Shown here piece after piece: positions 9,294 through 18,487 of a stretch of DNA of 39,162 nucleotides; position 1 is the stretch's first letter, and each line of letters starts with the position of its first letter. Source of the stretch: Pseudomonadota bacterium. GTDB taxonomy: Bacteria; Pseudomonadota; Gammaproteobacteria; Pseudomonadales; JAHEIH01. The stretch is from contig JBEAQQ010000143.1 in the NCBI GenBank assembly GCA_041163785.1, forward strand, positions 1 to 39,162, read 5' to 3'. Below the pieces are notes generated by a model. That model was not told the DNA's origin. It ran no database searches and saw only the letters and a program-made list of their open reading frames with translations. The position numbers and the translations under genes were made by a program.

Positions 9294-12204
9294 CGCCGGC
9301 ATTTTGCTGATTATTGCACTGCTATTTTTTGCGGCCTGGTTTGGGCTGTCCGCACTGATCGACATTAAAAAATACTGGCAAGACTTGACCAGAAAACCTG
9401 CCGCGTACCACATTTCGCTTGGCATTGTTGGCAGCGCCTGGACCTTCTTCGCCATGACCAATCTCGTACAGGACTATGGCATATCAGCCTTTTCCTACTA
9501 CATTGGTATCAGCGCTGTCTTCCTCAGCGCCCCCTTACTACTGCTTCCCCTTCTCCAACTGTGCCGTCGCTATCAGCTAACGTCCCTGGCCGACCTCATG
9601 AGCTTTCGCTATCGCAGCCCGCTCGCCGGCACCGTGACAGCACTACTACTGATTATCGCGTCCCTACCCTTTTATGCCTTGCAATTAGAAACACTGGCCG
9701 ACGCCGCTAATCAAATCATGGCAAGTGACAACAATACGCGCCCCTACTGGTTGACCACTATTTTTATTGCGTTCTGTGCGGTGAGCGCGCTGCAGCTCTC
9801 TACTCGGCAAAACACCAACACCCAACGCCATCAAAACCTTATTGCCCTGATCGCTTTTAGCACCCTATTAAAAGTCATCGCGTTGTTAACCCTTGGCGCC
9901 TTTGCCATCTGGGGCGTCTTTGGCGGCTTAGATGATCTGACGCAATGGCTCAACGCCCATCCAGATCATTTGCAGCGCTTCTATGAACCCAGTATTACAC
10001 CTTCGTATCAAATCTTGGTGATGATCTTCTTCGCCAGTATGATTGGTATGCCACACCTTTTTCACATGACCTTTGCCGGCGCCACCGCCAGTGGTCGTCG
10101 CTTTGAAAATGCCCGTTGGGCACTACCTATGCTACTCCTTGTCATGTCTCTACCGGTGCTACCCACACTCTGGGCGAGCCTATCGCTAGATGCCAATAGC
10201 CAGGGATTTGCGGCTATTTCGATGGCCATTAATAGCAGAGCCAACTGGCTCAATGCCATTACCTTTGTGGGCGGATTAGCGGCAGCGGCGGGTATTCTCG
10301 TCGTGCTCAACCTGGCATTGTCTACCATGCTGGTGAACCATGTGCTTCTCCGCTTCGCTCCCCTCAACCCCTCGCAGAATATCTATCAAAAGCTCAATGT
10401 GATGCGACGCGCCAGCATCGTCGCCATTGCCTGCCTAGGGCTCATCTTGTTTGTTGTGATGAATGACCCGCAAAAAGTGCAAGGCTTTGCTCTTCTTAGC
10501 TTTGCGGCAAGTTTGCAGTTTCTTCCGGGGTGCATTGCCCTTTTGTATTGGCGCGGCGCCACCCGCGAAGGCTTTTTAGCTGGATTATTTGCGGGCTTCA
10601 CCGTGTGGATGCTGTTTGCCTTCTTCCCCGATGGGGTACTGACTGGTCTCGATGGCAATCGTCAGTGGTTCACCCTCAAACTCGACGTCTCGTCTAATAT
10701 TTGGGCCTTGAGCGCTGCGGCTAGCATCATGAGTAATGTCATTGCATTGCTGTTGGTCTCTTGGCTAAGCACCATGCGACCCGAGGAGCGACGCGTCGCC
10801 CTGGCCTGCGTTCTCAACACTGCCAACCAAAGCGAACAGCACCATTTTGAAACCCATAGCGCCGCCGATATTGCCCAACGCTTAGCGCCCACACTTGGCG
10901 AAACACCGGCCAAAAAAGAAGTTAAGCGCGCCCTGCATCAAATTAAGGCTCCGTGGGGTAACCTTTCCGACGCACAGGTTTCTCAGCTTATTGTCGCTTT
11001 GCGCATCAACCTCACCCAACTACTGGGCCCTGTGTTAGCACAACAAACCCTCAGCAACGCCCTGCCCTTCGATGACGATGTCGAGGGCGATATCGTCTAC
11101 CTTGAAAATCAACTGGAAGCAGTGCAAACCAAGCTACAAGGCGTGACAGGGGAATTGCGCACCATGCGCGCCAACTATCAGTCCATGCTACTCGAATTGC
11201 CCATCGGCGCACTGACCTACGACAAGCAATTGATTATCTCTAGCTGGAATCGCACCATCGCTGATATCACGGGTATTGACCAGCAGCACGCACTGCGCCA
11301 ACCGCTCGCCTCGCTTGCTGCACCATGGGGCGACTTGTTGGCAGAATTTGCGTCAGGCACAGCGCGCCACGCCTACAAAAGGCCCATCGGTGATGCCCGC
11401 TGGATCAACCTCCACAAAGCAGCGGTTGAACGCCATACCTCGTCTTCGCAGGACGAGCAATTTTTGCTCATTGAAGACATCAGCGAAACGCAGACTCTTG
11501 AGCGAGAACTCATTCATAGCGAACGCCTTGCCTCGATCGGCCGACTAGCCGCCGGTGTAGCACACGAAATTGGCAACCCTATCACCGGCATAGCCTGCCT
11601 TGCGCAAAACCTCGACTTCGATATGCAAGAAGGTAACGCCAGCGACACTGCCAAAGAAATTCTGGTGCAAACCGATAGAGTAAACACCATTGTCCGCAGT
11701 CTGATGAACTTTGCTCACGGCGACAATTACGTGGGTAATTTCGATGATAAAGGCCGTGCGGACGTCGCTTTTTGCTGCCGAGAGGCCACCAAGCTTCTCG
11801 CCCTAGATAAAGAGAAAACTCAGGTCACCTTCGCGCTTTCTCCTATTGAAGGTATGACCGCCGCTATCGATCCACAACGTTTAATTCAATTGCTCATCAA
11901 TCTACTAAGCAATGCTCGCGACGCCTCTGAACCAGGGCAGACAATCCAAATCGACGCCTTGCAAAGACACGATGTTGTTCAAATAGAAGTCATTGATGAA
12001 GGTCAGGGCATCCCCCTGGAACAACAGGAAAAAATCTTTGAGCCCTTCTTCACCACCAAAGAGCCTGGCAGCGGCACCGGCTTAGGTTTGTCGCTGGTGT
12101 ATTCCATTGTAGAACAGCACAGCGGATCGATTGCCGTGCAGAGTCCAGTACCGACGACAGGGCGCGGCACACGCATCGTTCTTACCCTACCTAGCTCCAG
12201 CTAG
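9286..12204 (+). CDS. cbrA: CbrA sensor: SLC5/PutP-like transporter domain + STAC + PAS + histidine kinase
   Basis: About 500 aa polytopic N-terminus (SLADLMSFRYRS, MPHLFH); PAS-like segment; H-box AAGVAHEIGNP, N-box NLLSNARDA, DEGQG, FEPFFTTK, GTGLGL; canonical position between gluQ and cbrB. Confidence 0.9.
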   Translation: MLSAGILLIIALLFFAAWFGLSALIDIKKYWQDLTRKPAAYHISLGIVGSAWTFFAMTNLVQDYGISAFSYYIGISAVFLSAPLLLLPLLQLCRRYQLTSLADLMSFRYRSPLAGTVTALLLIIASLPFYALQLETLADAANQIMASDNNTRPYWLTTIFIAFCAVSALQLSTRQNTNTQRHQNLIALIAFSTLLKVIALLTLGAFAIWGVFGGLDDLTQWLNAHPDHLQRFYEPSITPSYQILVMIFFASMIGMPHLFHMTFAGATASGRRFENARWALPMLLLVMSLPVLPTLWASLSLDANSQGFAAISMAINSRANWLNAITFVGGLAAAAGILVVLNLALSTMLVNHVLLRFAPLNPSQNIYQKLNVMRRASIVAIACLGLILFVVMNDPQKVQGFALLSFAASLQFLPGCIALLYWRGATREGFLAGLFAGFTVWMLFAFFPDGVLTGLDGNRQWFTLKLDVSSNIWALSAAASIMSNVIALLLVSWLSTMRPEERRVALACVLNTANQSEQHHFETHSAADIAQRLAPTLGETPAKKEVKRALHQIKAPWGNLSDAQVSQLIVALRINLTQLLGPVLAQQTLSNALPFDDDVEGDIVYLENQLEAVQTKLQGVTGELRTMRANYQSMLLELPIGALTYDKQLIISSWNRTIADITGIDQQHALRQPLASLAAPWGDLLAEFASGTARHAYKRPIGDARWINLHKAAVERHTSSSQDEQFLLIEDISETQTLERELIHSERLASIGRLAAGVAHEIGNPITGIACLAQNLDFDMQEGNASDTAKEILVQTDRVNTIVRSLMNFAHGDNYVGNFDDKGRADVAFCCREATKLLALDKEKTQVTFALSPIEGMTAAIDPQRLIQLLINLLSNARDASEPGQTIQIDALQRHDVVQIEVIDEGQGIPLEQQEKIFEPFFTTKEPGSGTGLGLSLVYSIVEQHSGSIAVQSPVPTTGRGTRIVLTLPSSS

Positions 12205-12294
12205 CGCAATAACACTGGAAATCAGCCACCGTTTTGAGTATGTTACCTAGCTACACAAAAGGGTTACCACTCGCCACAGGTGTGAATAATCGCT

Positions 12295-13713
12295 ATGCAA
12301 AACATTCTTATTGTCGAAGACGAACAAGTTATCAGAACGGCTTTGCGCCGCTTATTGGAGCGTCACGATTACAGCATTAGCGAAGCAATCAGTGTGCTCG
12401 AGGCCTGCGAGTACGAACTAGACAGCTTTGACCTGATTATTAGCGACCTACGGTTACCCGGCGCGCCTGGTACTGACCTTATCAAACTTGCCAAGTCAAC
12501 CCCCGTCCTCATCATGACTAGCTATGCCAGCCTTCGCTCGGCGGTTGACTCCATGCAAAAAGGCGCGGTGGACTATATCGCCAAACCCTTTGATCACGAT
12601 GAAATGCTGCGCGCTGTAAAACGCATCATTAACGACAACCCTGTGTCGGATCGCCAGGTGCGTGCCGCCACTAAAAATAACCGCCAGTTCGGCATGATTG
12701 GCAGTTGCTCCGCCATGCTCACGGTTTACGAATACCTTAGCAAAGTAGCCCCCACCAATGCGTCCGTGTTAATTCACGGCGAAACAGGCACAGGTAAAGA
12801 GCGCGTGGCTCAGGCCATTCACACAGCGAGTCAACGCAGCGATAAAGACATGATATCGGTGAACTGTGCCGCCATCCCTGAGTCATTGATCGAGTCCGAA
12901 CTGTTCGGCTATGAAAAGGGCGCCTTCACCGGCGCACAAACGTCGCGCATCGGTCTCATTGAGGCCGCCGACGGTAGTACGCTGTTTTTGGATGAAATTG
13001 GCGAGCTTCCCCTCGAAGCCCAAGCCCGGCTCCTTCGCTTTATTCAGGAGGGCGAAATTCGCGCCATCGGTTCGGTACAGTCACGCAAAGTTGATGTGCG
13101 CCTGTTGACGGCGACCCACCGCGATCTTAAAAAATTAATTGCCGCCGGCAAGTTCCGTGAAGACTTGTACTACCGTATCAACGTTATGCAAATCAATGTC
13201 CCACCGCTGCGCGAGCGCGGCCGAGACATCCTTGAAATTGCGGAAACCCTGCTTGAGCAGATTAGCCAAAACATGGGGCGCCCGGGGAAATACTTCTCAC
13301 CTCGCGCCATCCAGGCCATTACCACCTACGCGTGGCCAGGTAACGTACGCGAGATGGAAAATGCCATTCAGCGCGCCGTCATCCTCAGTGAATCTGAAGA
13401 AATCGACAACGATGTCTTCAATATCGATCTGGAATTGGTCAATCTGAACCGCTTGCGAGACGACCTCGACGACGATGAAGATCTCAGCAACCCCTATTCC
13501 GCGGCCGCACAACGCACCGGTAGCCTAACCGAAGACCCCGCTGAAGACCTATCTTTAGAAGATTATTTCCACCGTTTCGTATTAGAAAACCAAGACCGCA
13601 TGAACGAAACCGAGCTTGCCAAAAAACTAGGCGTGAGTCGCAAGTGCCTGTGGGAGCGACGCCAACGGCTAGGCATTCCGCGACGCAAAAGCAAAAGCGC
13701 CAAAGTAGATTAA
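12295..13713 (+). CDS. cbrB: Sigma54-dependent response regulator CbrB
   Basis: REC domain (VEDE, SDLRLPG), Walker A GETGTGKE, GAFTGA, and CbrB-typical C-terminus LSLEDYF..FVLE.Q..M.ETELAKKLGVSRKCLWERRQRLGIPR. Confidence 0.93.
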   Translation: MQNILIVEDEQVIRTALRRLLERHDYSISEAISVLEACEYELDSFDLIISDLRLPGAPGTDLIKLAKSTPVLIMTSYASLRSAVDSMQKGAVDYIAKPFDHDEMLRAVKRIINDNPVSDRQVRAATKNNRQFGMIGSCSAMLTVYEYLSKVAPTNASVLIHGETGTGKERVAQAIHTASQRSDKDMISVNCAAIPESLIESELFGYEKGAFTGAQTSRIGLIEAADGSTLFLDEIGELPLEAQARLLRFIQEGEIRAIGSVQSRKVDVRLLTATHRDLKKLIAAGKFREDLYYRINVMQINVPPLRERGRDILEIAETLLEQISQNMGRPGKYFSPRAIQAITTYAWPGNVREMENAIQRAVILSESEEIDNDVFNIDLELVNLNRLRDDLDDDEDLSNPYSAAAQRTGSLTEDPAEDLSLEDYFHRFVLENQDRMNETELAKKLGVSRKCLWERRQRLGIPRRKSKSAKVD

Positions 13714-13740
13714 TTCACTCGGCAATAACTCACAGCGGCC

Positions 13741-13822
13741 TGTTACCCATAGAAATGTTACCGGCCACTCATTGCACAAAAGTGTTTCCTTTGGAATGAT
13801 TTTTTCGTGCAATTTAGTAACA
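13741..13822. promoter_or_regulatory. Putative CbrB enhancer (three TGTTAC subsites)
   Basis: TGTTAC at 13741-46 and 13756-61, inverted GTAACA at 13817-22; about 100-180 nt upstream of the sigma54 start. Confidence 0.75.
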
Positions 13823-13875
13823 CTTGCAACTAAAAACCCACTCAAAATCTCCATTAAAATTTTTATTTTATTAAA

Positions 13876-13888
13876 AATCAAATATTTA
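13876..13888 (+). promoter_or_regulatory. IHF binding site
   Basis: AATCAAATATTTA is an exact WATCAANNNNTTR match, preceded by an A/T tract, and lies between the enhancer and the -24 element. Confidence 0.75.
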
Positions 13889-13895
13889 CAAAAGT

Positions 13896-13911
13896 TGGCA
13901 CGGTACCTGCT
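13896..13911 (+). promoter_or_regulatory. Sigma54 (-24/-12) promoter
   Basis: TGGCACGGTACCTGCT with GG (13897-98) N10 GC (13909-10); predicted +1 near 13922. Confidence 0.88.
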
Positions 13912-13921
13912 GTTATACCGC

Positions 13922-14045
13922 CAATAAAAATAATAATTAGTAATAAAAATAAGAACGTTTAGTAATAAAAATAAATAAGAATTAGCAAAGTCTAATAAAA
14001 ATAATACAGAGACCTGGGTGGGGAAGCGAAGCTTCCCTTTCGTTT
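13922..14045 (+). ncRNA. crcZ: Compact CrcZ-like Hfq/Crc-titrating small RNA
   Basis: Located between cbrB and pcnB, like crcZ; sigma54 promoter; four AATAAAAATAA copies at 13923, 13942, 13964 and 13994; 3' hairpin; no ORF. Confidence 0.8.
14021..14045 (+). terminator. Putative intrinsic terminator of the sRNA
   Basis: GGGAAGC-GAA-GCTTCCC followed by TTTCGTTT; a possible outer stem pairs 14009-19 with 14046-56. Confidence 0.7.
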
Positions 14046-14106
14046 ATCTGGGCCTCGTGTTTCTCACTATACGCCTGCTTAAAATCTCATCAATGCTATT
14101 CATGGA

Positions 14107-14135
14107 TAGATACTTGGCGCCAATTCCTCTACTAT
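14107..14135 (+). promoter_or_regulatory. Possible sigma70 promoter for pcnB
   Basis: TAGATA-17 bp-TACTAT. Confidence 0.35.
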
Positions 14136-14187
14136 TGTGCCCAACCATGGAGAACACTCGGCATTTGCCCTGGAGTAACAATAGCCA

Positions 14188-15540
14188 ATGAGACGCTGGC
14201 TCAAAAAGAAACTAAACGCCTTGACCAAATCACCGACCAAGAAAGTTATCATTCCGCGCGATGAACACGACATATCCCGCAGCAACATTAGCCGCGGCGC
14301 ACAAGCGGTCATTAAAAAATTACAAGCTTCTGGCTATCAGGCCTACTTAGTAGGCGGCGGAGTTCGTGACCTGCAACTAGGCGGCCACCCCAAGGACTTT
14401 GATGTCGCCACCGACGCCAAACCAGAACAAGTACACGTACTGTTTAAAGGCTCTCGCATTGTAGGACGGCGCTTTAGGATTGTACACGTCAGGCAAGGCC
14501 GCGAAATCATCGAGGTGACTACATTCCGCGGTAGCCACGATCAAGACGACAATCTCGGCAAAAACCAGTCACGCCAAAGCGATAGCGGCATGTTGCTGCG
14601 CGACAACGTGTTCGGTACTGTTGAGGAAGACGCCATTCGCCGAGACTTTACCGTCAACGCACTGTATTACGACCCCCAGGATTTCACTATCCACGACTAC
14701 ACCGGCGGACTAGGTGACCTACACGACGGCATCTTGCGCATGATCGGCGACCCCGAGACGCGCTACCGTGAGGATCCCGTTCGCATGCTTCGCGCGGCAC
14801 GCTTTGCCGCCAAACTCAACTTTACTATCGCACCGGAAACTGAGGCCCCCATCGAATCGCTTGCCAACCTGATCGACAGCGTTTCTTCGGCACGCCTATT
14901 TGATGAAATGCTGAAGCTGTTTCAATCTGGCTACGGCGAACGAACCTTCTATCAGTTGCGCAGACTCGGACTCTACAAGCATCTCTTTGCACAAACAGAA
15001 TGGGCATTGGCCCACAGCAAAGACAGCGAGATGTACCACGCCATGATCGTGCAGGCCCTAAAAAATACCGATGCACGTATCGCCCAGGAAAAATCGGTCA
15101 CGCCCGCGTTTATTATCGCCGCCATGCTCTGGCCCCCACTGCAAGAGTCCACCGCCAAACTTTCAAAGAGCATGAAACCCCAAGATGCGTATGCACAAGC
15201 CTGCCAACAAGTCATTGGTGGGCAATTGGGACAGATCAGCATTCCTAAACGCTTTACTATCACTGTGCGTGAGATTTGGGATCTACAATTCCGTCTTCCC
15301 AATATCCAGGGCAAACGCCCAGAGCGCACTGCCGCCCACCCAAGATTCCGCGCCGCGTATGACTTTTTACTGCTACGCGAATCAGCTGGAGAAAACACCG
15401 GGAATTTGGGTGCCTGGTGGACAGATTATCAGCGCGACAATCCACTACCCAGCCCTTCGCAACATGAACATCACAGCGAAAATCGGAATGAGGAACACCG
15501 TCGCCCCCCTCGCCGTCGCCGTCGTCGCCCGCAACACTAA
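14188..15540 (+). CDS. pcnB: Poly(A) polymerase I
   Basis: LVGGGVRD..KDFDVAT, PAP signature RIVGRRFRIVHV, RRDFTVNAL, EDPVRMLRA, HPRFRAAYDFL, Arg-rich tail. Confidence 0.96.
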   Translation: MRRWLKKKLNALTKSPTKKVIIPRDEHDISRSNISRGAQAVIKKLQASGYQAYLVGGGVRDLQLGGHPKDFDVATDAKPEQVHVLFKGSRIVGRRFRIVHVRQGREIIEVTTFRGSHDQDDNLGKNQSRQSDSGMLLRDNVFGTVEEDAIRRDFTVNALYYDPQDFTIHDYTGGLGDLHDGILRMIGDPETRYREDPVRMLRAARFAAKLNFTIAPETEAPIESLANLIDSVSSARLFDEMLKLFQSGYGERTFYQLRRLGLYKHLFAQTEWALAHSKDSEMYHAMIVQALKNTDARIAQEKSVTPAFIIAAMLWPPLQESTAKLSKSMKPQDAYAQACQQVIGGQLGQISIPKRFTITVREIWDLQFRLPNIQGKRPERTAAHPRFRAAYDFLLLRESAGENTGNLGAWWTDYQRDNPLPSPSQHEHHSENRNEEHRRPPRRRRRRPQH

Positions 15541-16052
15541 TGACCACCGCATTCATCGGCCTAGGCAGCAATTTAGATAATCCCAGCGAGCACATTGTTG
15601 TGGCGCTGCGCGAGATAGCCCAGATTGAGGACTGTCTACTGACCGCGGTATCCAACACCTACCGCAGCCGCGCCGTCGGCCCAGGCGACCAACCCGACTA
15701 CGTGAATGCCGCGGCACAAATCAATACCCATCTAGCGCCGCTAGCGTTACTAGACGCGCTGCAGGCTATTGAGCAACGGCATGGGCGCGTCAGGGACATT
15801 CGCTGGGGACCGCGCACGCTTGATCTCGACCTGCTCCTGTTCGGTGCGCAGACCCTCGACCACCCACGCTTAACCGTGCCGCATCCTCGCGCCCACGAAC
15901 GCGACTTCGTTTTACACCCCCTGGCGGATATTGATGCAACACTGGTCTTCCCTGATGGTCGTCGCGTGGTAGACTGTCTCAATGAAGCGATAGACAACGA
16001 TCTTCGCCCGCTTGAAACGGCCCAACAAGTTTGGGAACAACTACAAGGATAG
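15540..16052 (+). CDS. folK: 2-amino-4-hydroxy-6-hydroxymethyldihydropteridine diphosphokinase (copy 1)
   Basis: IGLGSNL, RWGPRTLDLDLL, LTVPHP, RDFVLHPL. Confidence 0.95.
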   Translation: MTTAFIGLGSNLDNPSEHIVVALREIAQIEDCLLTAVSNTYRSRAVGPGDQPDYVNAAAQINTHLAPLALLDALQAIEQRHGRVRDIRWGPRTLDLDLLLFGAQTLDHPRLTVPHPRAHERDFVLHPLADIDATLVFPDGRRVVDCLNEAIDNDLRPLETAQQVWEQLQG

Positions 16053-16058
16053 CTGTGC

Positions 16059-16703
16059 GTGTTTAGCCAAATGCCCAAACTCATTGCGATTGAAGGCCCC
16101 ATTGGTGTCGGCAAAACGACGCTCGCAAAACGCTTGGCGGATACCTTAGGCAGCGAGGTGGTGTTGGAAAACATCAACGACAACCCCTTCCTTGACCGTT
16201 TCTATCAAAATCGGCGCCAAGCCGCTCTCGCCACCCAGCTGTTTTTTCTGTTTCAGCGCAGCCAACAAATTCAGGATATGCGCCAAGACGATTTATTCGC
16301 CAGCACCCGCGTGTTCGACTTTTTGATGCAAAAAGACAAATTGTTCGCCAAGGTTAACCTGGACGATGAAGAGTTTAAGCTCTACGAACAGGTGTATGAC
16401 AAACTGCTCATCGACGCGCCTAAACCGGACCTTGTGGTCTATCTGCAAGCCCCCACCGACACGCTGATGCAGCGCATCGAGCAACGCGGCGTTGCCTCTG
16501 AACGCAGCATCAACCGAGAATACCTCGAAGAACTCAACCAGACCTTTAGTGAATTCTTCCTCTACTACGACGAGTCGCCGCTGCTGATTGTGAATTCAAA
16601 AGATATTGATTTCGCCCACAGCGACAATGACTACGAGCAACTCGTCGAACAGATTCTGCGCACCCGCAGTGGTCGCCATTTCTACAACCCAACTTTGCTA
16701 TAG
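16059..16703 (+). CDS. Deoxynucleoside kinase (dck/dgk family)
   Basis: IAIEGPIGVGKTT P-loop, NPFLDRFY, QLFFLFQR, PDLVVYL, RIEQRG lid. Confidence 0.9.
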   Translation: MFSQMPKLIAIEGPIGVGKTTLAKRLADTLGSEVVLENINDNPFLDRFYQNRRQAALATQLFFLFQRSQQIQDMRQDDLFASTRVFDFLMQKDKLFAKVNLDDEEFKLYEQVYDKLLIDAPKPDLVVYLQAPTDTLMQRIEQRGVASERSINREYLEELNQTFSEFFLYYDESPLLIVNSKDIDFAHSDNDYEQLVEQILRTRSGRHFYNPTLL

Positions 16704-16712
16704 GCCATCATT

Positions 16713-17507
16713 ATGACGCGCTCTGTATCGACCCATACCCTCCAAACCATGCGTGATAACGGCGAAAAAATCACCGTTATCACAGCCTACGATGCGACGT
16801 TTGCTCGGGTAGCTTGTGAGACGGGAATCGAAGCCATCCTCGTCGGAGACTCGCTTGGCATGGTACTACAGGGTCACAGCTCGACACTGCCTGTCAGCGT
16901 CGACGACATGGCCTATCACACCGCTGCCGTCGCCGCTGGCGCCAGCACGCCCTTTATTATTGCCGACATGCCTTTCATGAGTTATCACAGCGAAGCACAG
17001 GCCATGGATAACGCAGCGATTCTCATGCAATCTGGCGCGCATTGCGTCAAATTGGAGGGTGGCCAGTGGCTCTGCCCAACCATTGCCAAGCTTGTCGAAC
17101 GCGGCGTACCCGTATGTGCACACCTCGGTTTAACACCCCAGTCTGTCAACCAACTGGGAGGCTTTAAAGTACAGGGCCGTCTCCCCGAACAAGCCGACGC
17201 CATTCTGGCTGATGCCCTCGCCGTTGAAGCCGCCGGTGCGTGCATGTTGGTACTGGAGTGTGTCCCCAGTGAACTGGCCAAGCTCATCACTGAGAGCCTA
17301 AGCATACCCACCATTGGCATCGGTGCTGGGGCCGACACCAGTGGCCAGGTCCTCGTGATGCACGACCTACTGGGTTTAAACCCGCGCCCAGCCAAATTTG
17401 TGCGCAACTTTATGGCCGGTAATGCCAGCATCAAAGCCGCCTTTACTGCCTACCGCGACGCCGTCCGAGACAAATCTTTCCCCAGCCTGGAACACCAATT
17501 CGTGTAG
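16713..17507 (+). CDS. panB: 3-methyl-2-oxobutanoate hydroxymethyltransferase
   Basis: [46 protein letters not shown]. Confidence 0.97.
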   Translation: MTRSVSTHTLQTMRDNGEKITVITAYDATFARVACETGIEAILVGDSLGMVLQGHSSTLPVSVDDMAYHTAAVAAGASTPFIIADMPFMSYHSEAQAMDNAAILMQSGAHCVKLEGGQWLCPTIAKLVERGVPVCAHLGLTPQSVNQLGGFKVQGRLPEQADAILADALAVEAAGACMLVLECVPSELAKLITESLSIPTIGIGAGADTSGQVLVMHDLLGLNPRPAKFVRNFMAGNASIKAAFTAYRDAVRDKSFPSLEHQFV

Positions 17508-17510
17508 TAG

Positions 17511-17539
17511 TTGCCTGAGCCAAATGGCTCAGGCATAAT
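17511..17539 (+). promoter_or_regulatory. Internal sigma70 promoter for panC overlapped by a perfect palindrome
   Basis: TTGCCT-17 bp-CATAAT then GC-rich CCGCGCCC; inverted repeat TGCCTGAGCCA-AA-TGGCTCAGGCA at 17512-17535. Confidence 0.6.
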
Positions 17540-17572
17540 CCGCGCCCGATCTTCGTGACGCAGGTGACTAGC

Positions 17573-18421
17573 ATGAAAACAATCAACAATATTCAAGGCC
17601 TTCGCGCCGAGTTGAAGAATGCCCGCCGCCAGGGCAAGTCGATTGCTTTTGTACCCACCATGGGGAATCTACACGCTGGCCATATTAAACTGGTACACCG
17701 CGCCAAAGCAGAAGCCGATATCGTCGTCGTGAGTATCTTCGTCAACCCTCTACAGTTTGGCGCCAACGAAGACCTAGACAACTATCCACGCACTCTCGCC
17801 GCTGACCAACAGCAGCTGATTGAGGCCGGAGCGCATTTGCTTTTTACTCCCACCGTGGATGATATTTATCCCGAGGGCATGCTCCCCCACGCTAAACTCT
17901 CAGTACCCATCATCACTGACACTTTGTGCGGTGCGGCGCGCCCCGGTCATTTCGATGGCGTCACCACCGTAGTCAATAAACTATTCAACATTGTGCAGCC
18001 CGATGTGGCGATTTTTGGACAGAAAGATTTCCAGCAACTCGCCGTGATCCGCAAAATGGTGAAGGACTTCTGTATTCCTATCCATATTATCGGCGAGGAA
18101 ACCGCGCGCGCCGATGACATGCTCGCGCTCAGCTCACGCAACGGTTATCTCAGCAACCAAGAACGCGCTATTGCGCCCGTTATTTACCGCTCCTTAGCCA
18201 CTATCAAGCAGGCCATTTCGGACGGCCATCGAGATTTTGGGGCGCTCATTGAATCCGCCAAGCAACAATTGATCGATGCCGGCTTTGTGATTGACTATGT
18301 GGAAGTTCGGGATGCAACAACTTTGATGGCGCCCACAGGGACAAGCGATCAGCTCGTCATATTGGCGGCGGCCAAATTAGGGACGACTCGCCTCATCGAC
18401 AACCTTACCGTCGACCTTTAA
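17573..18421 (+). CDS. panC: Pantoate--beta-alanine ligase
   Basis: [48 protein letters not shown]. Confidence 0.97.
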   Translation: MKTINNIQGLRAELKNARRQGKSIAFVPTMGNLHAGHIKLVHRAKAEADIVVVSIFVNPLQFGANEDLDNYPRTLAADQQQLIEAGAHLLFTPTVDDIYPEGMLPHAKLSVPIITDTLCGAARPGHFDGVTTVVNKLFNIVQPDVAIFGQKDFQQLAVIRKMVKDFCIPIHIIGEETARADDMLALSSRNGYLSNQERAIAPVIYRSLATIKQAISDGHRDFGALIESAKQQLIDAGFVIDYVEVRDATTLMAPTGTSDQLVILAAAKLGTTRLIDNLTVDL

Positions 18422-18487
18422 AAGTCATTTACCGCCAGCACCACCCCACTGGCGGTATCTAAGCTTGCTCAAATATCGCAAGGACAT

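Noticed and set aside
13921-14005. A-rich repeats as a CRISPR array, replication origin or simple low-complexity DNA
   Set aside because: Repeats are 11-16 nt with 8-19 nt gaps, there are no cas genes and no DnaA boxes were seen; the promoter, terminator and synteny fit an sRNA.
15498-15532. (CGC/CGT)n run at the end of pcnB
   Set aside because: Normal Arg-rich tail of PAP I.
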